Shown: in pieces, positions 48,082 through 58,080 of the stretch
Numbering within the stretch: the first letter of the stretch is position 1
How the letters are laid out: the number at the start of each line of letters is the position of its first letter
IMG/VR virus record: IMGVR_UViG_3300037843_000280
Location: 1-64,000 of that record
DNA length: 64,000 nt
Source of the DNA: a virus
Direction: 5' to 3' (one strand)
Position numbers and translations under genes: made by a program
The notes under the pieces: generated by a model
Databases searched by the model: none
Seen by the model: only the letters and a program-made list of their open reading frames with translations
What the model was told of the DNA's origin: nothing

Positions 48082-50883
48082 TTATTGCCCCGACTTTGGC
48101 GGGTTCACGATCTTCACGATGTTGCCGTTCGGAAGCTGCGTCAGCGTAGCAAGCAGAGCTTCCTGAACAGCAGGCGTCGGCGACACGCTCCCAGAGACTA
48201 ATACGTTGACAAGTTGCTGCTGCGTGTTTTGGGTGTTCGCCAAAAGCTGCTGGGCAAACGCATTCTCAGGCTGCGCGGCGTTAAGCAGGCTGTTGACCCC
48301 GGTCGTCGCGGTCTGCGACGGATCATAGTGAAGGACGATAACCGTAGCATCGGGCTGAAAGTTGAACTTCTGCGCAGCTATTTGTTTCGGGGTTGTTACC
48401 GACCCCGGCATGGTGGTGGGGGGAGCGACGGCAGCGGTGTTACTGCCCCCAACCAAAGCGATCTGCTGGCTGAGCGCTGTCTGAAGAAGCTGTGTGGACG
48501 GGTCGCTCGTGCTTGTAGGGGTGCCTAGCCCAGCGAATATAAATGCGTTGGTGTTTTGCAACGTCTGCAAGTCCTGCAAGCTCTGCGAGTCGTTACCTGC
48601 CAAGTTTTGGTTCTTGACGATCCAGCCCTGCTCCGTGAACTCCTTGAGAGCGTCGGTCAAGTTTTGCCACCTTCCCCATGGGAACGGCGCTATCACCTCG
48701 TAGCCCTTGGTGTCGGTGAACGGCATGACGGAATTGGCGTGTGTGGTCTCATTTCCGCATATCATGTCGATGTACGCCTTATTCGCGTTCAGCCCCGTGT
48801 CCGGGAAGTACGCCTGCTTGGTTGCTGGATTGACCGTGCCTTGTTTGGGGTCTCCGTCGTTTTTTATCACGTAGGTCGCGTAAGGCGTACTGGGCTGGTT
48901 GCCCTGCCTCACTCCCGTTACCTGAGAGCGCAGCGAATCCACCTTCGCTTGCGCAGGCGTCGGGCCGTTTTTTGAGTTGTCCTTGTTTACACCAGGAATG
49001 GGCAAGGTCACGCTAGTACCGACAAGGTTAGTGGGGTTCGATTGGTCGTTGCTCACGCCCCCGCTGGTTCCGGTCGCGATCTGGGAGTAGGTATTGCCCC
49101 AATACTGGGAATTGCTAGGTGCCTGCGACGGGTCGGGCTGCGTCTGCGGCGGCGGATTATTCGTCCATTGGTAGATCAGGTTGGGCGCTGGAGTGAACAC
49201 CTGAAGCTCCGTTTTCTGCGAGTTACCAGTGCCACGAGACTGTGCCGTGCTGACCAAAACCCTACGGCGGATCGAATCGCAGGTTACGCTCATCGTGGCA
49301 GTAGCCCCAACTTGATAGTTGATCGAGATTGACTTAATGTAGGCATACATGTCGCGGTGCGGTATGAACACCGGGAAGCCCAACTTGAGTTCCGGGCGCA
49401 TCTGGGTCGTGAACGTGTAGGTGCGGTAGCCCCGGTTGGCTCGGGCGGTCTCAGCCGCCGCGTGGGCGAATAGCGTGTATTTGTCGGCATAGTCCAGAAA
49501 AGCCGCTTGGTACGAAGGCTCCTCGCGCAAGCCGAACTTCGCCAGCTTTGTGATGTCGATATACTCGCCGATTGCCTTAAGGTCCTCGCGGTACTGGATG
49601 CCGAAGGCACGCATAGCATTGCCCGTCAAGGTGGTGCGAGTTCTGCGGATCGCCGACTGGTCTTCGTTCTCCTGCTCCGTCAAAATCTCTGACAGGTGTA
49701 TGACGAACGGGTTGTTCTCGGGGAAAATGGCTGTAGCCGGGTTTGTCAGGCTGTTGTGCGAGCTACCGTCCAACGTCTGCGTAGCCCCGTACAAGGACAG
49801 CCTCGGCGCGAGGTTGACCACGTCAAGGTTGTAGAGCGGCGGCTTCACGATGATCTTGCCGTCGATGTCTTGGTAAGCCTCGAAGTCTATCTTGCGCACC
49901 ACCTCGCGGATCACGTCGAGGCGGTTGACGATCACGTTGTTGGTTACGTCGAGGGCGGTGATGTTCCTGAACGGAAGGTACTTCGTAATGTTGTTATAAT
50001 ACTCGTTGTACGTCCCCGTATCTGGGTTCGTCTTTTGCGCCTCGCTCTGACTGGAGCGCTTGCTCATGGATGCCGCGCCCTTCATTTTTGCCGGGTCTCC
50101 ATACGAAGGGTCTTTCACCATCGGGAGGGTGTCGCCAAGGTTGTCCTTGTACGGACCATACACGTGGACGTCCTTCACCATGTTCCACAAGATCGCCTGC
50201 CACTTAGCCATGTAGCCCCTGGTGATGGCGTCGTAGAACGGGTTGCCCGCAGTCATCGCCGCAGACTTGAGCGAGCTTATCTGGAACATGTCGGAGCGTA
50301 AGGCATCCAAAAAAACCATGGCGATAATTTCAAAGCAGTCGCCCGACGAATATCGCGACTGGAAGATCGTTGGCTCGGCGGCTGCCTTTTCCATCGCATT
50401 GGTGGAGGGGTGAATGTTCACTTGCATCTTTTCCAGAAGGTGGAGCGAGCCATGGCATTGGATCGTGATGTCCAGAGTTTTGCCGTTGTCCACGTAGCCG
50501 ATGTACGACGTGACGCCCTTGAAGACGCGGCGGTACACCGTGTCGCCGGTAGCGGACATGAAGTACGACTTGGCGTAGACCTGTATCTGCGCCATGGTCT
50601 GAATCAAGTTGTTTCCGCCCGGCATCTGGTAGAGGTACTTCTGGAAGTTCGGGACGACCAGCCCGATGGAACAGTCCGGCACCATTGCATCCGTGTCGTA
50701 GCTGGCGCTGAACGAAACGACATGGTCGTTGAAGTTGACAAGAGTCTTGTTCGCCCCCTTCGGATCGTTCACGAAAAAATTCGTCAAGTAAGGAAGTCCG
50801 TCGATGAACACGACAAGGTCGGGACAAGTTTTGATTATTTCACGTTCTTGGACCGTTTGCGAAACATTTCTAATCGTGTTCAT
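48082..50883 (-). CDS. Large tail/baseplate protein (933 aa)
   Basis: ORF track. ATGA coupling to its neighbour. Confidence 0.55.
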   Translation of the reverse strand: MNTIRNVSQTVQEREIIKTCPDLVVFIDGLPYLTNFFVNDPKGANKTLVNFNDHVVSFSASYDTDAMVPDCSIGLVVPNFQKYLYQMPGGNNLIQTMAQIQVYAKSYFMSATGDTVYRRVFKGVTSYIGYVDNGKTLDITIQCHGSLHLLEKMQVNIHPSTNAMEKAAAEPTIFQSRYSSGDCFEIIAMVFLDALRSDMFQISSLKSAAMTAGNPFYDAITRGYMAKWQAILWNMVKDVHVYGPYKDNLGDTLPMVKDPSYGDPAKMKGAASMSKRSSQSEAQKTNPDTGTYNEYYNNITKYLPFRNITALDVTNNVIVNRLDVIREVVRKIDFEAYQDIDGKIIVKPPLYNLDVVNLAPRLSLYGATQTLDGSSHNSLTNPATAIFPENNPFVIHLSEILTEQENEDQSAIRRTRTTLTGNAMRAFGIQYREDLKAIGEYIDITKLAKFGLREEPSYQAAFLDYADKYTLFAHAAAETARANRGYRTYTFTTQMRPELKLGFPVFIPHRDMYAYIKSISINYQVGATATMSVTCDSIRRRVLVSTAQSRGTGNSQKTELQVFTPAPNLIYQWTNNPPPQTQPDPSQAPSNSQYWGNTYSQIATGTSGGVSNDQSNPTNLVGTSVTLPIPGVNKDNSKNGPTPAQAKVDSLRSQVTGVRQGNQPSTPYATYVIKNDGDPKQGTVNPATKQAYFPDTGLNANKAYIDMICGNETTHANSVMPFTDTKGYEVIAPFPWGRWQNLTDALKEFTEQGWIVKNQNLAGNDSQSLQDLQTLQNTNAFIFAGLGTPTSTSDPSTQLLQTALSQQIALVGGSNTAAVAPPTTMPGSVTTPKQIAAQKFNFQPDATVIVLHYDPSQTATTGVNSLLNAAQPENAFAQQLLANTQNTQQQLVNVLVSGSVSPTPAVQEALLATLTQLPNGNIVKIVNPPKSGQ

Positions 50884-52004
50884 AGCATGGAGTTCCAGAA
50901 ATTGGGGTTGGGCGATAGCACGTTGTCCATCGGCACGGAGTCGTTGGCGTCTGGGCTGACCTGAGGCAAGAGGTAGCTGGCTCGGGCAGAACTCACCGCT
51001 GGGGGCACCGGGGTTGCCGGGGCTGCGGGCGCGACAAACAATTGCGGACTAAATGGGGGCGGAGGAGGGGGCGGCGGCGGCGCGAACGGAAGCGGTGTAA
51101 AAGCGACGGTGTTTGTAAGGCTCAAAGACTGCTGCATCTGCTGCACAGCAAGGGCGGTGGGCTTCCACGCGCCGTAGTCGTGCCCGTGCTTGACGTCGTT
51201 GTGTTTCGTGTCGGGCCACGGCGACCCCTTGCGGAAGCGCTCCTTCCACGCCACGAACGAAATCTGGAAGTTCATAAGAAACGGCGTCTGCGCATCCTGC
51301 GAGACGGTCAGGGAATCGAACATCCCGTACCACATAAAGTTCCCGACGATGAGTTCCACATCGGCGTGCATCTTGATGATGCGGCGGCTGAAGTCCGCAC
51401 CGCCGCCCAGCGGCCCTTCTACAGGCTGCTCACCCTCAAACCAGTAGCCATTGTTCTCAAATACGACCTGAAGCTGCTCAAGGTTGCGGTAGGACTCCGT
51501 GAAGGGCTGGTACCTGTCGGTCAAGCCAAACGCAAAATACTGTCCCGCCGTCTTCCCAGTAAGGTTGATCATCAGCGAATCCTCACCCCACACCCCAATC
51601 TGCCAGCCGGAGCGTGCGAATGACTGAGCGTCAATCGTAGATCGGTTGACCACGACCTGCGACGGATTGATGAGGAAACGATACACTGCTGGCAAACCGT
51701 CGCCTTGCCCGTTGCCGCCGAGACCTCGGTTGTTGAGGCGCACGATAACGTAGTCCACATAAGGCGAGATAGCGGCAGAGATGTCGAAATCTTTGTCCGA
51801 GACGATGGGTGTGTGCGGCGGCGGCTGACCCGACGCAAACCACTGGGTCTCAAACGCCAAGCTGACGTTGGAAGGAGCCACAGGGGACGGGATGATGCGC
51901 TTCTCCCCGCGAATGGGAAGCTGCTGCGGGGACACGGTGCCCTGCGTGCCCGCATCTGGTCTGACGTCGCTGAGGTTGTCGATGCTGTTGTTCTGGGTCG
52001 CCAT
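50880..52004 (-). CDS. Tail structural protein (374 aa), possibly distal tail; poly-Pro segment
   Basis: ORF track. Position just downstream of the tape-measure/SLT pair. Confidence 0.45.
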   Translation of the reverse strand: MATQNNSIDNLSDVRPDAGTQGTVSPQQLPIRGEKRIIPSPVAPSNVSLAFETQWFASGQPPPHTPIVSDKDFDISAAISPYVDYVIVRLNNRGLGGNGQGDGLPAVYRFLINPSQVVVNRSTIDAQSFARSGWQIGVWGEDSLMINLTGKTAGQYFAFGLTDRYQPFTESYRNLEQLQVVFENNGYWFEGEQPVEGPLGGGADFSRRIIKMHADVELIVGNFMWYGMFDSLTVSQDAQTPFLMNFQISFVAWKERFRKGSPWPDTKHNDVKHGHDYGAWKPTALAVQQMQQSLSLTNTVAFTPLPFAPPPPPPPPPFSPQLFVAPAAPATPVPPAVSSARASYLLPQVSPDANDSVPMDNVLSPNPNFWNSML

Positions 52005-52007
52005 GTC

Positions 52008-53600
52008 TTATCCTTCGCTTCCTGTCGGTGGGGGCGGGGGCTGCGGGTTGCCGAAGGTTGCCTTAAGCTGCGCGATATTCTGGTTAATCTGCGTCTGGAC
52101 GTTGGAGTAGTACAGTGCCGTGTATGTCTTCTCCACTTGGAACACGAAGTTGAACTTCCACTGAAACGGAGACTCCGCGTCCTGCGTCCAGCTAAGGCTT
52201 TTGAAATATCCGAGATAGGTGTTGTTCCTGTACCTCATAGCGACATACCCGCGAGTCATGACGTCGTTGTTGCGGGAGTGCTGCTGGAAGCTGGTCGCCC
52301 CGGTCTGCGGTGACCATGCGCTTGCGCTCATCTGCTCGTCGCCCGTCATCACACCATTGTAGTTCTGGTTGTAGTAGTAAACGGTGCCGTTCATTTGAAA
52401 CAGCTTGAGGAACTCGACGAATGCGTCCTGCGCAGCGACGCGGAAAGCCTCAGCCGGATTCGAAAGCTCTTTCCGGGCTACGGCCTGTCCCGCTACGGTG
52501 TTCAGAGCGTCTTGGTCCCCTGTTCTGGCGGTTATGGCTACCTGCCCCGTGGAGGTCTGCGGGTCCGTGTTGAAAGTCGGCAAGAACGTATGCTTGAACC
52601 CCTGCGTCAACAGCTTGGCGACATCGTCATTGACGCCCGCCGTGCTCATGAAATCCGTCAGACCGAACTGGTTCATGAACACGCCCGTCGTCCCCGTGCC
52701 GCTGATCAGGTCCGGCTGCATGCCCCACAGGGTGATATGCATGCCGGTGCGGGACGGCGTGCGGGTGTACACGTGCTTGCTCGTGATCTCGAACGTAGCC
52801 ATGGACGTGTTCAACTGAATTTCGATGGGCTGCTTGACCACCGCTTGGTCGTTCGTCGGCACCGACAAGAACTGGGTGGGGTCGTTTCTGTCGAGGTAGA
52901 CCATGAACGAGACCGGCTGGACGCTCGCACGGATGCGCGGATTTCCCGTGACGAGACCCGTGTCGGCGTACCAAGCCTGCGCCCCCAGCGTGTCGTCTGG
53001 AATCTGAAGCTGGGGCTGCAATGTCTGCCGGAGGGTGTTGAGGTTCTTGTCGGACTCAGCTTGGCTTCTGGCGCTGTCCAAATAGTTGATGCCCTGCGGC
53101 CCGGTGACCGCCGCTGATTGCGGTGCGGAGTCGTCCACTGTAGCCGCATTGCTGAGCGCGTACACTGCGGACACGGAGGGGCTGCCCGCCTGCGCCGCTA
53201 TAGTGGAAACGTTGTACACGAAGTTCTGTACCGGGGCGAGCGGCGGCACGCCGCCCGCAAACTGCACGGTGCCAACTGAGGTAATGTAGGCAGCGATAGA
53301 CAACGGATAGTTGCCCACGAATGCCTGCAAAAGCGAGGCGAAGAAGGCGGCACCGGCTTCTATGTTCTGGTTTTCGTCCGTGGCGTCGAAGCCGAAAGAG
53401 GTGGCCGTCGCCTTGCTGATGCCCATGACGCCCACGCCGAACGGGGTAACCACAAGCGATCCGTCAGAGTAGAATTGCTGCCCGCCCGACGCGATTTGTG
53501 CGATTGCGGATAGAACAAGGCTGTCAACGCTGTACTTGGAAGCGAAGCTGACAATCTGGCTCTGCACGCCCTGCGGCAGTTGGATGGAGTATGCTGGCAT
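52008..53600 (-). CDS. Tail-associated SLT-domain protein (530 aa)
   Basis: N-terminal AIAQIASGGQQFYSDGSLVVTPFGVGVMGIS transglycosylase motif. Confidence 0.55.
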   Translation of the reverse strand: MPAYSIQLPQGVQSQIVSFASKYSVDSLVLSAIAQIASGGQQFYSDGSLVVTPFGVGVMGISKATATSFGFDATDENQNIEAGAAFFASLLQAFVGNYPLSIAAYITSVGTVQFAGGVPPLAPVQNFVYNVSTIAAQAGSPSVSAVYALSNAATVDDSAPQSAAVTGPQGINYLDSARSQAESDKNLNTLRQTLQPQLQIPDDTLGAQAWYADTGLVTGNPRIRASVQPVSFMVYLDRNDPTQFLSVPTNDQAVVKQPIEIQLNTSMATFEITSKHVYTRTPSRTGMHITLWGMQPDLISGTGTTGVFMNQFGLTDFMSTAGVNDDVAKLLTQGFKHTFLPTFNTDPQTSTGQVAITARTGDQDALNTVAGQAVARKELSNPAEAFRVAAQDAFVEFLKLFQMNGTVYYYNQNYNGVMTGDEQMSASAWSPQTGATSFQQHSRNNDVMTRGYVAMRYRNNTYLGYFKSLSWTQDAESPFQWKFNFVFQVEKTYTALYYSNVQTQINQNIAQLKATFGNPQPPPPPTGSEG

Positions 53601-53601
53601 G

Positions 53602-56600
53602 TCACCGTCCCGCCAGCGGCGAATACATATCGCTCAGGGGACTCTCACTCGCGGTCTTTCCGACAGTATTAGGCGTCTGGAAGTTTTGTTTGACATCGCC
53701 TTGAATGTACTGCGTGTTACTGTTGTCGATAGTGGTAGGACCCTGCCCCTGCCGAAGATATGGGCTATTTCCGATGTCGATGCTGGTCATGGGCGGAAGT
53801 GTTCCTGCTAAATCAGTAAAGGCTTTGGAAAGCTCCTTCGTCGCTTTCATGGCCTCGTCCATCTCGTCCTGCGATTCAAATTGCCCCCGCCCCAATTCTG
53901 GAGCCATAATTTCTTGGACATGCTTCAAATGCCCAGCGATGTCGTCAAGCTTCTTGTATTGCTCTTGGTCTACATCAGACCACTGAGTCATGGGGACATT
54001 TTTGTTCTTTTGCTCAAGCTTAATCTGTTCCTCTGAAATCTCGGCCATTTTGTCGGGGATAGCTCCAACGCCAAAGCCGAAATCCTTGGACATCTTGTCG
54101 AAACTATCCTGCCGTTCGGCTGTTTCCTCCTTCATGGTTTTCACGCCGGGGATTTTGCTGTACACCTTCTCGAAAACACCGGCGATGTATTCCAACCACG
54201 AGATGATCTTAGTGAGCCACTTCGAGAACACCGCACCGACAGCGTCCGCCACGCTCTGGGTCTGCCTGCCGATCTTGCGTGCCTTGTCGAGTTCCAGCGC
54301 AAGCTCCGTATCGGAGACACTAAATTGGTCGGCGGCATGAGTGACAACTTGGGTCAGAAGACCGTTCGTATCCTCAAGCTCCCCCGCCATCTTGGGTGTA
54401 TGCCTAAGAAAATCAGCAACTTTTTCAGTATCATCACCCAAAGCGTCAAGCTGGCTGACCTGCGTGATGCCATTCTCTCTGAGCCACTTGTAGTTGGGCA
54501 CTGCCCCCTTTGCCTTCCACTTGGTGAACACTTCCTTGGTGAGCGCTTGGGCATCCAGCCGGGCTTGGTCGTCGCCGCCCGCCATCAGGTTTGTCGTCCT
54601 TTCGGTCATGGTCTCGGCGAACCTGCGACGCGTCTCGGCCGGGTCCATGTGGTAGATTTCGCTAAGCTGCTTCAGGAAACCAATAGCAGCGGTACTGCTC
54701 GCGCCCGGCCCGAAAGCTCCAGTTCCAGAAACAAGATCACTTACATTGATACCCCATTGCTGTGCCGCTGACCGCACCTTGGTGAGGTTTAGGGCTGCGG
54801 TACCAGCGGGGGTCACGATACCCGCCGCCCTGCCAGCAGCTTGCCCGTAAGCGTCGGAACGGGCGTTCCCTGCTGCGGTTATACTTTCACGCAAACTTTG
54901 CACCGATTGGTCAATCATTTGCGCTTGAGCTTTCGAGATTTTTCCACCGATAAGTGCGGTCTTGGTGTCCAATTCCAGCTTATCGACCTGCGTCACCGCC
55001 TTGGCGAAATCCGCCGCGCCGCCCTCGCCCAAGTTAATCGTCGGTATTTCTATGCCCGTGCCGCCTTTAGTTTTCCTGTTTATGTCCGCAACTTGACCAC
55101 GGACGGCGTCAAGCTGCTTGTCCACGCCAGCATCCGTGGCCTTAATCACAGCCTTTCTGTTTTCCGTGGTTTCCTGCGTCAGCGCGTAAATGTCCTCGGA
55201 AATGCCCCCCACGTCCGGCTTGGTCTCGGTGGTGAGGAATTCCATCATGTCCTTGAGAATCTCGCTACTTACCGCGCCGGAGCGGCCAAGCTCGCGCATG
55301 ATGCCCAAGGTCTGGTTGATTTCCTTGTTCATCTTATTGAAATGACCGCTCACCTCGTCGATGATCTTGAGGTACTTGGTCGTGGAGATTCCGGCAGCGT
55401 CGGTGTCCTTCTCGATCTGCGCAAGAAACTTTTCCGTGCTGTCCAAGGTCTGGGAGTATTGTTCCAGCATCTTCAAGACTTCCTGCACTCCCTCGACGTC
55501 CGTCATCCCGAGAACCCTGCCGATCCCGGTGACTATCCTCTGCACCTGACCGAACCCACCGCCAGCGAAGCCGGAGGTCAAGGCACTGACCCCCGTGGTG
55601 ATCGGGCGGGCGTCCGCCAAACGTTCCTCCCCGAGCATGCTTTTGATCCCGTAGCCTCCCTCTGTCAAAGCTGCGGCGATGTCGAGGTTGCGCTGCCACG
55701 TAATACCAAGCTCGTTGAGACCGAGACCGCTAGGAGTCAAGGCGCGTCGCGTCCTCGCGAACGCATCCTCGCCGCCCAGAGTCGTGCCACCGAGGCGGTC
55801 AAGCATGGCGCTTCCGGTGAACAGCCCGCCCTTGGCGAGCTTAGCCTCCATATCCTTGTTCTGCTTGACATACTTGTCAAACACCGCGATCAACGCTTCG
55901 ACCGCGATTGCAAGCCACCCCAACGGCCCGCTCAGTGCTTCCATGCCCACTTCCAACGCACCGACGCCACCTTCGATTGCGTCCACCACTCCGTCCATTA
56001 CTTTGTCCATCACTCCGCCTGCCGCGCCCCCCTCAGTCGCAGCCATGCGGGCGAGGCGGGGGGCTTGGTAAGCCTCCTTCATGGCTCCCCACTGCTCCCT
56101 CAGTTCCGGCACGTACCCTTTCCTGCGCGTCGTCGTAGCGCCGCGAATGAAATCCCCAAGCTTACCGATCTCGGACTTCTTTATGGACGAGGAAAAATCC
56201 TTCCCGGCCTTAGCGGTGCGCTCAGCAAGATTGGTCAGGTCCCTCATCTCGCCTGTGGTGAGGTCCCTAGCTTCGTCACCAAACTTCGAAAGGGCCTTTT
56301 CCCAATCACCAATTTGCCTGCGAATCGCAGCAGCACCAACAGAAAAAGATTTCTGGGAGGCAAGGGCGTCTTTCATGGCTTTCACCATGTCCTCAATCTG
56401 CTCCTTGGCTTCCTTGGTGTCCTTGATGTTGCGGATTTCGTGAACGAACTTCTTAGTGAACCTGTTGATCTCGGCGAGCTTGTTTTCGACTTTGTCGAAA
56501 AGCCCAACGATGAAAGAAAGCTTTTCCTTGTCAAGATTTTTGGTGACATTCTTGGCGTGCTCGGCCATAGCTTTGAGGTGCTCCTCCGACAACCCCGCCA

Positions 56601-56718
56601 CCCTGTTCGCCTCGCGCAGCGCCTCCATCATCCCCTCCATTTGGTTCGCTGTGCCGGGATCGAGGCCAGACGGGGGACCGCCCGCGCCTGTCGGATTCGG
56701 AGTTGTCGGGTCAGCCAT
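53602..56718 (-). CDS. Tape-measure-like protein (1038 aa, alpha-helical with hydrophobic mid-segments)
   Basis: Composition and hydrophobic segment GWLAIAVEALIAVF. AGGAG RBS. Lies downstream of the chaperone-like gene. Confidence 0.5.
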   Translation of the reverse strand: MADPTTPNPTGAGGPPSGLDPGTANQMEGMMEALREANRVAGLSEEHLKAMAEHAKNVTKNLDKEKLSFIVGLFDKVENKLAEINRFTKKFVHEIRNIKDTKEAKEQIEDMVKAMKDALASQKSFSVGAAAIRRQIGDWEKALSKFGDEARDLTTGEMRDLTNLAERTAKAGKDFSSSIKKSEIGKLGDFIRGATTTRRKGYVPELREQWGAMKEAYQAPRLARMAATEGGAAGGVMDKVMDGVVDAIEGGVGALEVGMEALSGPLGWLAIAVEALIAVFDKYVKQNKDMEAKLAKGGLFTGSAMLDRLGGTTLGGEDAFARTRRALTPSGLGLNELGITWQRNLDIAAALTEGGYGIKSMLGEERLADARPITTGVSALTSGFAGGGFGQVQRIVTGIGRVLGMTDVEGVQEVLKMLEQYSQTLDSTEKFLAQIEKDTDAAGISTTKYLKIIDEVSGHFNKMNKEINQTLGIMRELGRSGAVSSEILKDMMEFLTTETKPDVGGISEDIYALTQETTENRKAVIKATDAGVDKQLDAVRGQVADINRKTKGGTGIEIPTINLGEGGAADFAKAVTQVDKLELDTKTALIGGKISKAQAQMIDQSVQSLRESITAAGNARSDAYGQAAGRAAGIVTPAGTAALNLTKVRSAAQQWGINVSDLVSGTGAFGPGASSTAAIGFLKQLSEIYHMDPAETRRRFAETMTERTTNLMAGGDDQARLDAQALTKEVFTKWKAKGAVPNYKWLRENGITQVSQLDALGDDTEKVADFLRHTPKMAGELEDTNGLLTQVVTHAADQFSVSDTELALELDKARKIGRQTQSVADAVGAVFSKWLTKIISWLEYIAGVFEKVYSKIPGVKTMKEETAERQDSFDKMSKDFGFGVGAIPDKMAEISEEQIKLEQKNKNVPMTQWSDVDQEQYKKLDDIAGHLKHVQEIMAPELGRGQFESQDEMDEAMKATKELSKAFTDLAGTLPPMTSIDIGNSPYLRQGQGPTTIDNSNTQYIQGDVKQNFQTPNTVGKTASESPLSDMYSPLAGR

Positions 56719-56722
56719 TTAG

Positions 56723-57400
56723 TTACTCCTTGTTTTCCTTTTCAGACTCCGTGTCGTACCGCGCCGACACTTGCTCTTCGAGGATTGCCTTGTTCGCCTC
56801 GTCGATCTGCTTGCGTGCCCGCTCGAAAAGCCTGCGTTCGACTTCCGTGAGCGTGGCGCTGTCAGGGAACTGTTCCTTCAGGCGGTCTTCGATGTTCTGC
56901 GAGTGCGTCATCAACACCTTCCACAGAACCTCGACAAGCTCCTGACCCCAGCCCATGATTACATTGCGCAGCACGACCTGGCAGTCGCGCAGGGGCTTAT
57001 CCTTGTCAGTGATGTCCGGCAGGAAGCGCCTCTCCGGAGGCAGCCCGCGAAGGTCGATGCCCTCGATCCAAGAGATGGCGCGGGACAGAAGCTCGACCTT
57101 GACGCGCTTCGTCCAAAGATAGCCCTTGAACTCGTCCGCCGCCTGCACCGAAAGCATCTCGTCCGATGTCGGAATATTCGCGATCTTCACGCGCAAGTCT
57201 CTGTTCTTACATTTGATTGTCAGGATTTCCTCGAATTCCTCGATGCCGAACCCCTTCAGCCCGGAGATCACCTCTTCGAGCGACTTGGGAGGCTCCGGCT
57301 GCGGATCGGGCGGGGCGACCACTTTTAACTCATCCTGTGCTTTTTCAACGCTATCCATAGTGAATGTTCCTTCTTCTGTAAAGTAGATTTGCAAACCCAA
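56723..57400 (-). CDS. Putative tail assembly chaperone (225 aa)
   Basis: Position immediately upstream of the tape-measure-like gene. Acidic helical protein. Confidence 0.35.
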   Translation of the reverse strand: MGLQIYFTEEGTFTMDSVEKAQDELKVVAPPDPQPEPPKSLEEVISGLKGFGIEEFEEILTIKCKNRDLRVKIANIPTSDEMLSVQAADEFKGYLWTKRVKVELLSRAISWIEGIDLRGLPPERRFLPDITDKDKPLRDCQVVLRNVIMGWGQELVEVLWKVLMTHSQNIEDRLKEQFPDSATLTEVERRLFERARKQIDEANKAILEEQVSARYDTESEKENKE

Positions 57401-57449
57401 AAAGATGAAATCGCTGTTCTCTAATACTCGGGCACGGCATCTGCCTGTA

Positions 57450-57511
57450 TTTTCAATAGGTTAAAACCAGACAAAACGGGCTGGCAGCCTGTATACTGTT
57501 AGTGGAGGAAG
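57450..57511 (+). promoter_or_regulatory. Copy B of the 62-nt promoter/operator/RBS cassette (-35 57468..57473, -10 57492..57497)
   Basis: 59 of 62 nt identical to copy A. Confidence 0.6.
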
Positions 57512-57516
57512 CTCCT

Positions 57517-58080
57517 ATGGAATGGCTCATCAGGTTCATCGGAAAAGTGATAAGCAACATCATAGCATTCGTGGTGATTTGCATTGTCATCCTCTCTGCG
57601 CCGCTGGCCTCAATCGCGGTGGTGGTCCTGCTGGAAATCGACCCCATCTCCCGCTCTTGGGGGGACTCTAACCCCATAGGTTGGTTTGTATTCTGCCCGT
57701 TCTTCGTAGGCGTCTGGTATATGTTCATCGCGTCCATGACGCACCGTGCCAGAGCGAAGCATCTCGGCTTGACCCCCCACACTGGCATCCTTCGGTCTGC
57801 CGGACGCCACATCGGCGGGACGCTCCTGTCTTTCGCCGCTGTCCTAACCGCTATCTTCGCAGGGGAAGCCGTCCTCGGTCCGTATGCAGGAATGAGCGAG
57901 ACGGCGATTGCACTATCCATCCGAGAGCTTGCCCCCGTGCTTCTGCTTGCCGCATGGAGTCCGGTGCTGATCAACCTGACGCGACACTTCATGCGACGCT
58001 ACCCAAGCAAGCGGGAAATCTCTTCCGTACTTGATGGAATCAGCGGTACTTCCGAATCTTCTCCAGTTGCCGGTCGATAG
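57517..58080 (+). CDS. Polytopic (~4 TM) membrane protein (187 aa) driven by cassette B
   Basis: ORF-track 57502 GTG start lies inside the RBS. ATG at 57517 used instead. Confidence 0.55.
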   Translation: MEWLIRFIGKVISNIIAFVVICIVILSAPLASIAVVVLLEIDPISRSWGDSNPIGWFVFCPFFVGVWYMFIASMTHRARAKHLGLTPHTGILRSAGRHIGGTLLSFAAVLTAIFAGEAVLGPYAGMSETAIALSIRELAPVLLLAAWSPVLINLTRHFMRRYPSKREISSVLDGISGTSESSPVAGR

